Source of the DNA: Chlorokybus atmophyticus | Lineage: Eukaryota; Plantae; Mesostigma and Chlorokybus algae | Direction: 5' to 3' | Length of the DNA stretch: 64,000 nt | Assembly: GCA_009103225.1 (NCBI GenBank) | Contig: RHPI01003533.1 | Coordinates: forward strand, 1 to 64,000 | Position numbers and translations under genes: made by a program | The notes under the pieces: generated by a model | Told to the model about the DNA's origin: nothing | The model's database searches: none | What the model saw: the letters and a program-made list of their open reading frames with translations, nothing else | Part shown: positions 33,911 through 46,818 of the stretch, in pieces | Layout of the letters: every line of letters starts with the position of its first letter | Numbering within the stretch: the first letter of the stretch is position 1

Positions 33911-36350
33911 ATGGCAAGCAAAAAAGCTGTCAAGTTTGCCAGGGACATTAGTACCAAGCTGGGAATCAACTTGCAACCAGCCGATAAGAGGAACACAAGT
34001 CGTAGGCACCGCCGTCGCAGCCAACAGAGTTCCCTACCCATGCCGGAGCAGGCGGCTGATGTGCAGCACGATGTTGACAACCCACAGCCTGCCCATGAAG
34101 TTGAGGCCACGCACGACCAGCTGGATGGTGAGATCAGCCAGCAGCATGAGCGGTAAGTTAACTTGCTGACCTTACTTGCTTCTCTGCAATGGTCACGCGG
34201 TCTTCTGTGCATGCCACCAGCTATCGTTGCTGTGACAGCCTTCACCAGTAATATGTCCTTCACATGCTAGGAGACTGTCAACGAACTGCACGCGCACTAG
34301 CTGCCTTGCTGTGTATTGCTGTCAGTTGATGGTGCCAGCGCATATGGTCTAACTGCTGGATTTCTGTAGGCCTCCCGCAAATCAACAGCCGACTGTCCAT
34401 GTGGCCGGCATCACTACCAGTGGAGTGGCAGCCACACTTCACCCAAGGCAACAGCCGACTGTCAATGTTGCCAGCACCAGCAGTGCCGCAACAGCTCCAC
34501 TGCAATTCAATCAGTCTGATCAACAGCCGACTATCAACATGGCTGGCACCAGCAGTGCTGCCCCCTCTCAGCAACCATGGCAACAATCAGACCTGCAAGA
34601 GACTGTTGACATGCCAACTGACAACTTGCATGCGCTGACTAGTGACGAAGAGGCTGTTGAAGAACCCGAGCAGCAAGAAGTCTCCCAGAGGATTTGCTCT
34701 TGCCTGAGGTGCCATGGCAAGGTGAGCACTAATCATGTTGCTCATGCTCACTCATGGCGCGCACGGTTGTTGGACATGCACTGAGGCTGTCCATGCGACT
34801 GTCATGTTCGCCCACTGCTATGCGCACAACGTTGTGAACCATACTTTACTTGTTGACTGCCCGTTTCTTTTGGCAGTTGATTGACTTGGAGACTGCCATG
34901 GCCCACATGCGACTGAACACGGCGGCGCAAGAAAGTATGCACCCACCGCCAATGCCTTCAGCACAATGCGATACCCCTCAACCAGGCATTTCTTGCCAAC
35001 AACAAACCTCAGAGACACCTACGCAAAAGATGCTGGATAAGTTCATGTCACTGCTGACAGACTTGGAGGACTCTCATGCCCAGCAATCACTGATCAATAA
35101 GGTGCTGAAGATTGTTTTCGGCGCTGAGGATTCAATCGTTCAGCTTGCCAAGGATCCTACTTATGACCACAGTCAGCTGCGAAATGACCTCCACGCCTTG
35201 CTCGGCCAGCGCAACCCCTCCCAGCCGGCTGACATCACGGCTGTCGATGCATTGCTGACTTCCATCGGAATGCCAGAGTCGCAGAGATATACAGCATGCA
35301 CGAGATGCAGTTATCTCTTTCCAGATGCTTACCCATCCGGGTTCGATGACAGCGAGGACAGCTACGAGGCAGGNTTCAATCGTTCAGCTTGCCAAGGATC
35401 CTACTTATGACCACAGTCAGCTGCGAAATGACCTCCACGCCTTGCTCGGCCAGCGCAACCCCTCCCAGCCGGCTGACATCACGGCTGTCGATGCATTGCT
35501 GACTTTCATCGCAATGCCAGAGTCGCAGAGATATACAGCATGCACGAGATGCAGTTATCTCTTTCCAGATGCTTACCCATCCGGGTTCGATGTTAGCGAG
35601 GACAGCTACGAGGCAGATGATAGTCGCCACAAGCTTGTGAAGCGCTTGTGGAAACAGCCGTGCGGAGGCCAATGCGGGCGCACGCGCAAGGAGTGCATTG
35701 ACTATCTGTACACACCCATTGGTCCAAGGCTCGGTCCGTGGCTGCAAGTACCTTCTATTGCATATGACAACCTTGCTGCTTGGCGAGACAAAGACACCTG
35801 GCTCGACGTGCCAGTCAACCAGCCCCCAGTGCCTCAATGGGAAGATTGGCATGGCAGCAAGTGGAGAGAGCTGTCTTTTTTTTGGGACTGCACGAAGACC
35901 ATTCCTCTGCCAAACAAATGCGATTGTGGACGCTACAATGATGACATTAACATGTCCCAGCACAGGGATGGATATCAGAAATGGCATTGCGAATGCTCCT
36001 ATGACAATGAAGAGGCTGCGCAGCAGTGTACTGGAGACCCGCGCAACATTGCGCTCATGCTGCACAGTGATGGTTTCAGCTGCGCATCAACTACAAAGCG
36101 GAGCAGCCTTGTCATCAACGTTGTTGTACTCAACGGAGGCAAGCGCGTCAGCTCACAGGCTTCTTCCATCATGCCCGTGGTGTTTGTCCCAGTTGACGAG
36201 CTACTCGACGCTGACAAGGACTGTCCAAACCCGTTTATGAAGCCCATGCTGGATGAGTTGGAGGATTTGTACGCCATGGGCTTCCCTACGCACTACGGTT
36301 TGAACTCCAGCCAGGTGGACATCAAGCTCCCTCATCGATCGGCCGGTACG
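33911..36350 (+). mobile_element. CACTA/EnSpm (TnpD-like) transposase gene, spliced, apparently truncated
   Basis: ICSCLRC; YTACTRCSYLF; CGGQCGRTR; YLYTPIGPRL; DWHGSKWREL; GDPRNIALMLHSDGF; FMKPMLDELEDLY. This is the TnpD motif order (DPRN.RLGL.TDGF ... L.PL.DEL). The catalytic C-terminus is not visible. Confidence 0.8.
35131..35616 (+). repeat. About 242-bp tandem duplication joined by a single N (35374); likely assembly overlap
   Basis: 35131-35372 repeated at 35375-35616 with a few mismatches. Confidence 0.85.
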
Positions 36351-37171
36351 CTTGATACATCTGTTCACAAGACCTCGTGCGCAATGCTGTGTCATGAATG
36401 TGACTGTCGACATCGCCTGTCAACTTAATACCCATTGTAATGAATCGAGCAGAGTAAGCACAGTCCATTGAGGGCTGTGCAAAAACGACTGTCACAATTA
36501 TGCACTTCATTGGTTGCCACCTTTTATGAGTCCATCGCGCGTTGAGAAGACTGTCATCAGCGACTGTCACCAGCGACTGTGTTTGCAGTGCAGCTGTAGC
36601 CTGTCGCGAATATGCTCTCTAGGGGTAAATCTTTGCTAGTATAGTTCATGCGGTGGGACTGTCGGCGTCTATCCCAGAAGGATAGATGCCGATGTTTGCC
36701 GAAGAAACGACACATGTTCCGGACTTGCGGCTCCTGTCCCCATCAACGGCGGCACATCGTCGCGTCCCCCCCTGCACTTATTGCAATGATGATGAAACTC
36801 AATAAGACTCCCTCCCTTAGAGAATTTATCTCGTCGCATGGTTGGGTTTCGGTACTGGATAGGCTATGTTTGTCGCTCATGAACCCTGCGCTAATTAATC
36901 CTATCCCGCCGCATTTTGTCTCACCACCAATACAGCAAGCGTGTGTTTATTCTATATACCAAGCTCCATGCCTACCTCAACCCTACACAACACAGCTGTT
37001 GCGCAGGTATTGAGAGCCGTTACATGGCAATGGCATGAGTTGCTTGCAAGCTGTTCATGCCATTGTTATGAAAGAGCAACAATTGCTACGCGGTATTGAA
37101 CATTTCGTCACCGACCCAATTTCCACGAATTGCCACATTAGACTTCGCACAACGATTATGCATATGCTTTA

Positions 37172-37521
<350 letters not shown>

Positions 37522-39028
37522 NCCCCTTGCACTTCCGCATTGCCCGGCCCCTGCCTCCTACCATCACTACCAACTCTATTGCCAGGCCCGGGAGCTCTCC
37601 CCTTCTTCCTCCCCCTCAATCACCTGCTATCCATTGCATACGCATGGTAATCTATTGGCGTGTCGACCAGTAAACATGACTGACTGACAAAATTATCAGT
37701 CAGTAAGTCAATCGGTCATTGCCCACTTGTTGCTGTTATGCTTGGATGCGCTGTTGGCTGTTATGATGTGTAAGTGGTGCTGTAGTCGTATTGAAAGATT
37801 ATGCCACCGTTAGCAACAAGGGGTAGTGTCGCCATTCTAGCAGAAGGTGCGTTCCACGTGTACAAGTGGGACTACCAGTTGCGCAACCATTTTACATAAA
37901 AGCAGCAAAATCTCTTGCATAGCGGTAAAGGTGAGCCCGTGGAAGCACACACACGTCATGTTGTATGTTCCCATTGCATACACGTACCAAGACATATGTG
38001 TTGCTCACCTCAAAGATTGCTTTCTAAAGGTTCAGTAAGCAATGGACACAATGCCGGACAGGCATCATCATCGTTTCACGTGGCCCTTGAGACAAGCAGG
38101 TGTAGATGGTTACATGTCTACCTGCTAGAACACGTTTGCATGGAAGCAGGCATAACTAAGGCGACTGAAAAGAAAGCCCGAGGTAGAGAAATTGCTTAAA
38201 TTGATGCTTTAAACACTTGCCAACCCCGTGGCTTGTATGTAGAGCACGCGATGAGCACCAAACGTCATAGCAACAGGTATGCACGCTGGTTGATGTGAAT
38301 AAGAACACCGGCTTTGCAGGAATCAACACCTGCAAACCCGCACAGATTCTCTACATACCGTGGTTACTATGGACGGTTGTTGTATTTGGACGCTTTCTCA
38401 GAAGCGGGCACATGTGAAATTATAGATTATGGATCACACATTGTATACTGAGGAATCTGAATAAGATGTTGTCTATTTTAAAAATAAGTACACATTCTGA
38501 GTTGCGCATTACTAGATAGCACTGTGCACGCATCAAATATGATCTTGTCTAAGTTCTACGCAAAGCACCACAGCAGGCAGCAAGCACTAGAGGGCCAATT
38601 GTTCACTTCAATATATATAAGTTAGTCCGTTATGAAATGCGATTTGATATGCACAAAGAGAGACTTTTATTAATTTTGTCTAATTACACGATCTATCTCA
38701 AGAGTCATTCTCACGTGCATCTTGTTATGAGTTTGCCAACTTGAATGCGTGTATTCTTTGGGCCTGCCTTCATGAAGATGTTGCTTCAATGTGTTGGCCG
38801 CCGCACCATGTGCATGTAGTGCTTGCGCGTGTATTGTTACCCTTCATTGACCTTCTGTTCTGTGTTGGTGCATACATTGATGGCACACAAGGAAGAAACG
38901 CGGAGAGAAGTTCTTTCGCACACCAGGCCATCCAGAAGCATTGTCCATTGCTTGTAAGTTCTTTATGAGCATTGAAATCAACTTGATATCACCAATAGAA
39001 CTGGGTGTTGACGACGGCAACATAGTTG

Positions 39029-40790
39029 TTATCGCACCCTTGGTGCAGCCATGTTGGTTTGCAACCACGACACGGTGTCCGAAACTGTTTCATCAACAGG
39101 TCTGGGCTTGAAAGTGAGGTCTCTCCTTGCCAAACTTGCATTGCAATACCTGCACGCAGATGTCATCATTCACAGATAACATCCTCACTGATTGAACACC
39201 TCCAAGCACGCACCAGAAGTGTTGGGACATTTCCACCACGACGGGGTCAAGTGACGGATCCCACCGGCCAAACAACCCCTTGATCCCGGTTGCTGCTGCC
39301 GCCATGGCAAATGCCATCTCGTCTGGCACCTACATGAGTTGCATGTTGGGTTGTGCAACATGCACAACATGCGCATGCACACCCACACTTGCCTGCAGCC
39401 AAGGCCCGCGCACGCCCGACACCCGGGATACCCTGCCAAAGTAGTCAGCCAACGTGAGGTTCCCCGCCCCAAGCAGGTAAGTTGCATCGGGCCTGCCGCT
39501 CCTCATCGCCTCCACGAAAGCAACTGCCTAAGTGGAAGACGTGTTGATGAACTTTAGTGTGTCACACGTTTATGCCAGCCTGCCAAGTTGAGCAACGCTG
39601 CGTGCGTGTGAGCGCATGTGAGGGGGTGCATGCGCATTGGCACAGTGCTGATATGCGTGTACGCAGACTCGCATGTTGCTTGCATGTGCGCGTGTATGTG
39701 TATGTTGCGCATCCGCATAACATACCGCATCACGCACGTCCACGAGGCTCAGGCCACCGGACGGAATCAGCGGCACTTGTCCCGTGAGCAGGTCCAGCAC
39801 CGTGCGCGAGGAGCTCAGCCGCCAGTCACCTGTATGGATACTATCCGCGTTGTCTGTGTTGTGTTTGATGCAGAGACAGAGAGTGTGCATGAAGATTGAC
39901 ACACATGCCTGCATGCTTTGCGCACGCACCATTGCGACAAGCATATGTNGTTGCATGTTGGGTTGTGCAACATGCACAACATGCGCATGCACACCCACAC
40001 TTGCCTGCAGCCAAGGCCCGCGCACGCCCGACACCCGGGATACCCTGCCAAAGTAGTCAGCCAACGTGAGGTTCCCCGCCCCAAGCAGGTAAGTTGCATC
40101 GGGCCTGCCGCTCCTCATCGCCTCCACGAAAGCAACTGCCTAAGTGGAAGACGTGTTGATGAACTTTAGTGTGTCACACGTTTATGCCAGCCTGCCAAGT
40201 TGAGCAACGCTGCGTGCGTGTGAGCGCATGTGAGGGGGTGCATGCGCATTGGCACAGTGCTGATATGCGTGTACGCAGACTCGCATGTTGCTTGCATGTG
40301 CGCGTGTATGTGTATGTTGCGCATCCGCATAACATACCGCATCACGCACGTCCACGAGGCTCAGGCCACCGGACGGAATCAGCGGCACTTGTCCCGTGAG
40401 CAGGTCCAGCACCGTGCGCGAGGAGCTCAGCCGCCAGTCACCTGTATGGATACTATCCGCGTTGTCTGTGTTGTGTTTGATGCAGAGACAGAGAGTGTGC
40501 ATGAAGATTGACACACATGCCTGCATGCTTTGCGCACGCACCATTGCGACAAGCATATGTTCATGTTGCCATCCCTTGGCTTGCCACACATATGCATGTG
40601 CCCAAAAACCTGGTCCCAGCAGCAGTGTGGGCCGCATGACAACGAGCTCCACGCCCAGCCGCTTTGCGCATGCCAGCGCAGCCTTCTCCGCCTCCAACTT
40701 GGTTGAATAGTATGGCCATGCGCTCACAACCTTTTCTAGTGGCGCAGAGGGCCATTTGTTGATCAGATCTTGATGTTGGTTTGAAAGTGT
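39029..40790 (-). CDS. NAD-dependent epimerase/dehydratase (DFR/HpnA-like), spliced; only the C-terminal two thirds recognised
   Basis: WPYYSTKLEAEK (YxxxK), VVMRPTLLLGPG, GGLSLVDVRDA, TYLLGAGNLTL, YCNASLARRDLTFKPRPVDETVSDTVSWL; stop at 39029-39031. Confidence 0.8.
39338..40560. repeat. 611-bp tandem duplication joined by a single N (39949); assembly artefact
   Basis: 39338-39948 repeated at 39950-40560, duplicating two exons of the epimerase gene. Confidence 0.9.
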
Positions 40791-41366
40791 TGCTGCGAAT
40801 GCAACTCGACTGCAGCAATACTTACAGTTAGCTAGCGTGATGGACGTGATGCCGACGGAGCGGCAACGATAGCGGGATAGACCGACGCGGGCGGTCTGAC
40901 GGTATGCACGGAGTTTGGGACGCGCTTTCAACAACATTGCAACAATACCGTTTCAAGTTTCAATCTCATGTACGAAGGTGAGGAGCCGCTGATTGTTGCT
41001 TACCTCCTTGAGCGCGCAGCTGTTGGGCCCAGCTCGCTACTACCTTGCTTGCGTCCTACGTGCCTGTTGCCAACACCAACTTGTGTGCCACTGCCATGTC
41101 TGAGTCTTAGTCCTAGGGTTGCTTGCGTTTTTGTGTAGCTGTTGCTGCTTGTTAATATAGTTTTGCCATTGTCATTGCGTATGTACATGCACGCAAGGCT
41201 GTACATGCAGCTGCATCCCACAAACAGCGATATTGACTAATGCAACATGCGTTCTCGTCTCTCCCTTTAACGTCACGCTCTTAGCATAGCTAGTAGCCCA
41301 ACAAAAGGACATGTTGCCACACTCACGGGTGAATGAAGAGTGAAAGGACCAAACAGCATGCAATCG

Positions 41367-44300
41367 CTATTTCACACCCTCAAGCAGTTGTGTTACTGCA
41401 GCTGTCCTGTCATCATCAAGAGGCGGGTCAAAGCTCGCATCTCTACAGAACAATGCAAAGTCCCTGACACCGGGGCCGCTGCAAAAGGCGTCACCCCGAA
41501 TGGCAGCAACGAGGTCGAGGACATGTCCAGCAAAGGCGCGAGAGAAGGGCGGGGCCACGGCGTCCAGCAGTTGCACGACAAAGTAGCGTGCGAGGTCGTG
41601 AATGCGGCCGCTGGTGGACTGCCGAACCCACCTTTTAACAGATGCGAGCGCAGGATCAATACACCCGCTGCGCACCAGGACCACCAGCGCATCAATGAAG
41701 CGCTTCTTCAGCTCGGCGACTGCCGTCGCTCCAAGCTCGCTGCCAGCTATCTGCTCCACAGTATGTCAGCTAGACAATAGTGACATACACGCACGGACAG
41801 CATGCATGCACGCTAACAATGGCACGCATGCAAATTGATCACACAACCCACCCACCCAGACACGCGGGCACATATATGCACCCACACGCGCACGCACACA
41901 ATGTAACAGCCATGACCTTCAGTCCTTGCATCAAGACATCGAGAATCATGCCGTGCTGCCGCGGCTGCAGTGGGGCGATCATCTCAATGAGCTCCAGGTA
42001 GACGGGTGTAGCAGCATACTGGTTGATACTACAAGAAAAAAAGAGAGCTTAGTCACAGTAAACCTATGCTTGTATGGTCTACTGCGCCCCGCATACAAAC
42101 ACTTTCAAACTCACCTCTTGTAGTAGTTGTTGTCCTTTAAGTGCACCACGACCCAGTGCAGGACGCCCATGGCTGCCACGGGCACCTGCAGGGCCTGCAC
42201 AGGATCGCCAACTGTTCCTGTCACATGCAAATGGCATGTTCAGCACAGCAGTACTCCTGAACCCACAACATATATGCATTGGGTGCACAAGGCAGCAGCA
42301 TACCAACATGCCCGGGCACATTCTTACACAACAATCACCATACCTCCTGCGCGTGGCCGCGTGCCGGATGCTGCAAGCTCCACAATCTTGAGCGCAGTGG
42401 ACAGGGCTACTACGGTACGATCGACTTCATCTGTATCAACACCCCCTCCACGCTCTCTATCGTCCTGCACACGTGCTGGGTGGGCAGGCACACTTTGCTA
42501 TAAGCAGCCACATGGTTGCAATCGCACAAAGCAAGTGCCAAAATGCAACACACACATGCAATACGCACACGGACACTCCCCCCCNNNNNNNNNNNNNNNN
42601 NNNNNNNNNNNNNNNNNNNNNNNNNNNNNNNNNNNNNNNNNNNNNNNNNNNNNNNNNNNNNNNNNNNNNNNNNNNNNNNNNNNNNNNNNNNNNNNNNNNN
42701 NNNNNNNNNNNNNNNNNNNNNNNNNNNNNNNNNNNNNNNNNNNNNNNNNNNNNNNNNNNNNNNNNNNNNNNNNNNNNNNNNNNNNNNNNNNNNNNNNNNN
42801 NNNNNNNNNNNNNNNNNNNNNNNNNNNNNNNNNNNNNNNNNNNNNNNNNNNNNNNNNNNNNNNNNNNNNNNNNNNNNNNNNNNNNNNNNNNNNNNNNNNN
42901 NNNNNNNNNNNNNNNNNNNNNNNNNNNNNNNNNNNNNNNNNNNNNNNNNNNNNNNNNNNNNNNNNNNNNNNNNNNNNNNNNNNNNNNNNNNNNNNNNNNN
43001 NNNNNNNNNNNNNNNNNNNNNNNNNNNNNNNNNNNNNNCCCACGTGCGGTTGCATATGCACAATCACACAAAGCACATACTCATGCACCCGCACAAACCC
43101 GCACACCCGCACACCCGCACAAACGCGCGAACGCACACGTGCGAACCCACACCCACATAAGAGTACCGACCTTTGCGCAGGCAGCGTACGCCAGCACGTG
43201 GAGATACTCGTCTCTGTAAGCAGGATTGACACCTCCTCCACCTCCTCCAGTGCCGCCCACGCCGCCGCCCCCGGCGCCGCCCTGCTTGCGCGGGTTGAAG
43301 AGGTCCCCGAGGAGCAGAGAGAGGAAGCTCGGGTGGCGCAGCAGCTCCGCGCTCGGGGGCGCGGGGTTTGGCGAAGGCGTGGAAGAGGTTGGGTTCGATG
43401 GCGGGAAGTAGAGCCTGTGGAGCCGACGCATGTCACCCAACACTGTCGCACCCTCCTGCAGTCACCATAGAAGGAACAAGCATAAAGAAGCCATTTTCGA
43501 TAGAAGCTATGAACACTGCTGGCTCAAAGCGTCACTCGCGCAAGTCTCATCAACACTACCATTGTACCAATAAGGCAGCATCAACGCTGTTACCACGAAC
43601 CCACCAAGTGGGTCCATAACCTCATAGGCACGAACAAAGTCCACAAAGACAGAAGCACACACCAAAATCAGCAGCAAGCCAGACAACACATATGTGCTTA
43701 CGCACACGTGCATGCTGCAGTGATAGTAACCATGGTGTAACTAGTACTGTTGGTACCTGCAGCATGTCGGCCACGCACTGGGCGGCTTCTAGGTTCTCGG
43801 ATGTGGCGCGTCCGGCGGGTAGGAGGAGGGCGGTGAGGCGGCGGGCGGCGGCGCCGCGTCCCTTCTGGTGGTGGTTGTTGTTATTGGTGGTGTTATCCGC
43901 AGCCTCCACGACTGCGGCAGCCTCCAGCTCCTGCGCCACTCGTCTATACGCGCGACCTCCAGGCAGCGACGCCAACTCCAACAGCAACATCTGAGAAAAG
44001 CAGGATCAGGGCAATGTTCAGTGCATAACATGTACATGAGGTTGTTGCGGGAGAAAGACCTGAGCGCCCGACTCTCATCTACAACTTCAAACACAAGAAG
44101 TTTCAGCCTTACCAAGACCAGTATGCACTACACACTTAGAGCGCATTGGGCGACACATCACCTCGCACATACATGCATGTGGGATAGACCGTGTCTTACA
44201 AATGCCTGTAAATTCAATGAAGCCGCATGAACAGACCACACTTTCTAAGTATCATTGTTCTCAGTTGAGACCAAGTGAACTGTTCATTCAATGTCAACGC

Positions 44301-46143
44301 TGGCAACGCAGCTTCTTGCACAACCTGGGCGTAAAGGTAGGTGTACTGCGAGTGGCAGGCGAGGGCGCGCACGTCCGCGAACTGTTTGCTGGCGGCAAGG
44401 CCAGATGCTTCATCATTGTACTGGTTTTCGCCGACCCCGTGCAGGGCATCGAGGCGGTCGAGGAGCACGCGGTGGTACACACCGAAGTAGGCCGCCGCCA
44501 CGGCGGGGGCCGGGGGAGACAGCGTGTTGGAGTTGTTGGGTGTTGATGATGAGGATGACTCGAATAGACCCTGCTTCCAGATGGTCTGGATGGCAAAGTT
44601 CAGCAGCAGACAAGTTCCCATGTGACGCTCCTGGGAGGGAGAGATATTACATGTGTGTGCTTGATGAGCACGCATTGTTGCAGACCCAGTTAGCACAGAA
44701 GATGAGTTGTGGTGAATACGGGAGAAGTTGGTGGATGACCAGCAGAGTGCATACACCAGAACATTGAATAACATACACAACAGTTTTGGCACCAACAATT
44801 AGCCACCTGTAAAGAAGTTCATATCAATGAATGATGACCGCCCTGAGTGTCTGCAGGCAATCGCAAGCAATAGCATTCAAAAGTGCAATGCACAAGACAA
44901 ATTGCACACACTGTCGTCACCTGGGTAGACTCTGCAAGGGCATACACAAGTTTTCTCCCCTCGGCATCGTGCACAAGGAAGTCCAGCCACGCAGGCGGCC
45001 GGCTCGTCTTTGCTGTAGAGAACACCTGCACAATGTATATGAGTACATCTGTCATACGCAACACAACTGACTCGCTCACCGTGTCTGCCACGCGCGGGTT
45101 GAAGTTATCCATAACGAGTTGAGAGAGATATCCCTGGGCGGCTGCGGCGGCGCGATTGATCTCAGTCTCATCATTGACACCAGCGGTGCTGCTATCACCG
45201 TCGCTGTTCACTAGGTGCAGCCATTCACACACCAGCTGCGTCATCTGCGCATAGCCCCGGTACCTGAAAGGCCACATGTATGCATTGAGCATTCATGTAT
45301 GTTTCTGCATTGACAAGCGCATGCCCCTGAAGGTGTGTACTCAGCTGTGTGCCTGATAGATACAACCAATCAACAGCAGTGCATTGTCAATGTTGACTGT
45401 GTTGTGCCAATGTCTAAGTGTCCTTTCAGACCACTGAGCTGTTATCATTAACAACTCGCCTGCCCAACAACAACATCACCTGCGTATCATGGTGAAGTTG
45501 AAATTTGTTGATGGTGATTAGCTTGTTGCACACACCACTCCGCTGTGCTAAAAACTGGCAAAAACACATCTTCACAAAGTATAGTTCTCACCCTTCTGAT
45601 AAAAACTGGACTGCGCGCTGAGGCTCGCCCCCGGCTGCTATGTACCTGCAGCAATGGCGATGGTATGAATGTTGCTGACTACCACAGATGCTGCATCAAT
45701 TGCTGGGATAAAAGAAAAATACGGCAAATCCGGACGTAACCAAGGCAAGCTAACAAGAGTTATGGATGAATTGCACACAAAACCTGCCATTTGCAATAAT
45801 CAGGCTACAACTGACAAAGCCAAAGTGATCAGCATTGCACTTGGAAAAAATGCAATAAAGTGTACATCTTATGTGGTCTCATATGGTAGCAGTCAGTACT
45901 ACGCATGCAAGGTTGATGTTATGCTGCATTGCACTATTGGTTCGATGTGTTTGATAATGCTCGCACAATTAACGAGGCGGGAAGAGCAAAACCAGTAACA
46001 CTGTATTGTTAACAGTGCAAGGTTACAAGAAAGTAAAAAAACAATGATACTCATTATGGCTGGCTTTACCTGCCAAGGAGCTCCAATATGGTTGTCTCTG
46101 TGATGGCGTCGGGCGCCTTCAGCAGCGCCTCAATCTCCTCCAT
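41367..46143 (-). CDS. NELFCD: Negative elongation factor C/D (TH1-like) homologue, multi-exon
   Basis: MEEIEALLKAPDAITETTILE; GYRGYAQMTQLVCEWL; FNPRVADTVF...PPAWLDFLVHDAEGRKLVYALAE...CLLLNFAIQ; ACHSQYTYLYAQ; KKRFIDALVVLVRSGCIDP. These match the TH1/NELF-D motif series. Confidence 0.8.
42585..43038. other. Assembly gap (454 N) inside the NELFCD gene
   Basis: Run of N. Confidence 1.
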
Positions 46144-46423
46144 GGAAGCGCCTTACTGCCCGACTTCACCAAACCAAAAAACGCACAACCAATTTCATGC
46201 AACTTGCTTCACCCTGCACCATCTCTACACTGTCTGGCCACCCTCCCGTCTCCTACATCGCCTGCGCCTCCACCAGCGCCCCCGCCTCCACCGCCGCCGC
46301 CGGTCATAGCTCCCCGCAGGCAACGGTCATATTGGCCGCAGTGGCCGGAAGCACGCGCTGCAAGCCCTGTAAAGTGGCAGAGGCCTGCCGGTAGTGAGTC
46401 CAGGTCTGCCGGTCGGAAAGGTC

Positions 46424-46460
46424 TAGGGTTTAGGGTTTAGAGTGTAGGGTCTAGGATTTA
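46424..46460 (-). promoter_or_regulatory. Telo-box / interstitial TTTAGGG repeats in the divergent NELFCD-GWD promoter
   Basis: TAGGGTTTAGGGTTTAG followed by degenerate TAGGGTCTAGGATTTA. Confidence 0.6.
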
Positions 46461-46818
46461 TGTCTGAAAAGCGAATTGCAAGGGTTTGGATTTGAGATGC
46501 AAGAGATTCACGCGCTGCAGCAAAAAGTGTCGAATGCTGGAAAAAGCGTCCCGAAGGGCCTTTTTGGTGCCTGACAAGCACCCGTTTTGTGGAAAGGTTC
46601 CACAGCCTCAGCTCTGAGGCTGTAGACAATTGCTGGATTGCCGGGTTGGGTTGGCAATGCAATAGGGTTTGTCACCTTCCGTAGGTGGCGTTGTTGTCCA
46701 GCATGGCGGCGGCGGCGTGCGCTGCGGTCGGGTTGTGCAGGGTGCCAGCTGCTGTTGCCGAGCACGCAGCGTGTCCTACGTTTTTAAAAAAGCAGAAACT
46801 TCCGGCGAGCATCGTGCA

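Noticed and set aside
35131-35616. Tandem duplication inside the transposase
   Set aside because: Joined by a single N, typical of unmerged contig overlap; treated as an artefact although the copies differ at a few bases.
39338-40560. Apparent exon duplication in the epimerase gene
   Set aside because: Identical 611-bp copies separated by one N; assembly artefact.
42127-43470. Long ORFs across the N run
   Set aside because: Open only because N codons give no stops.
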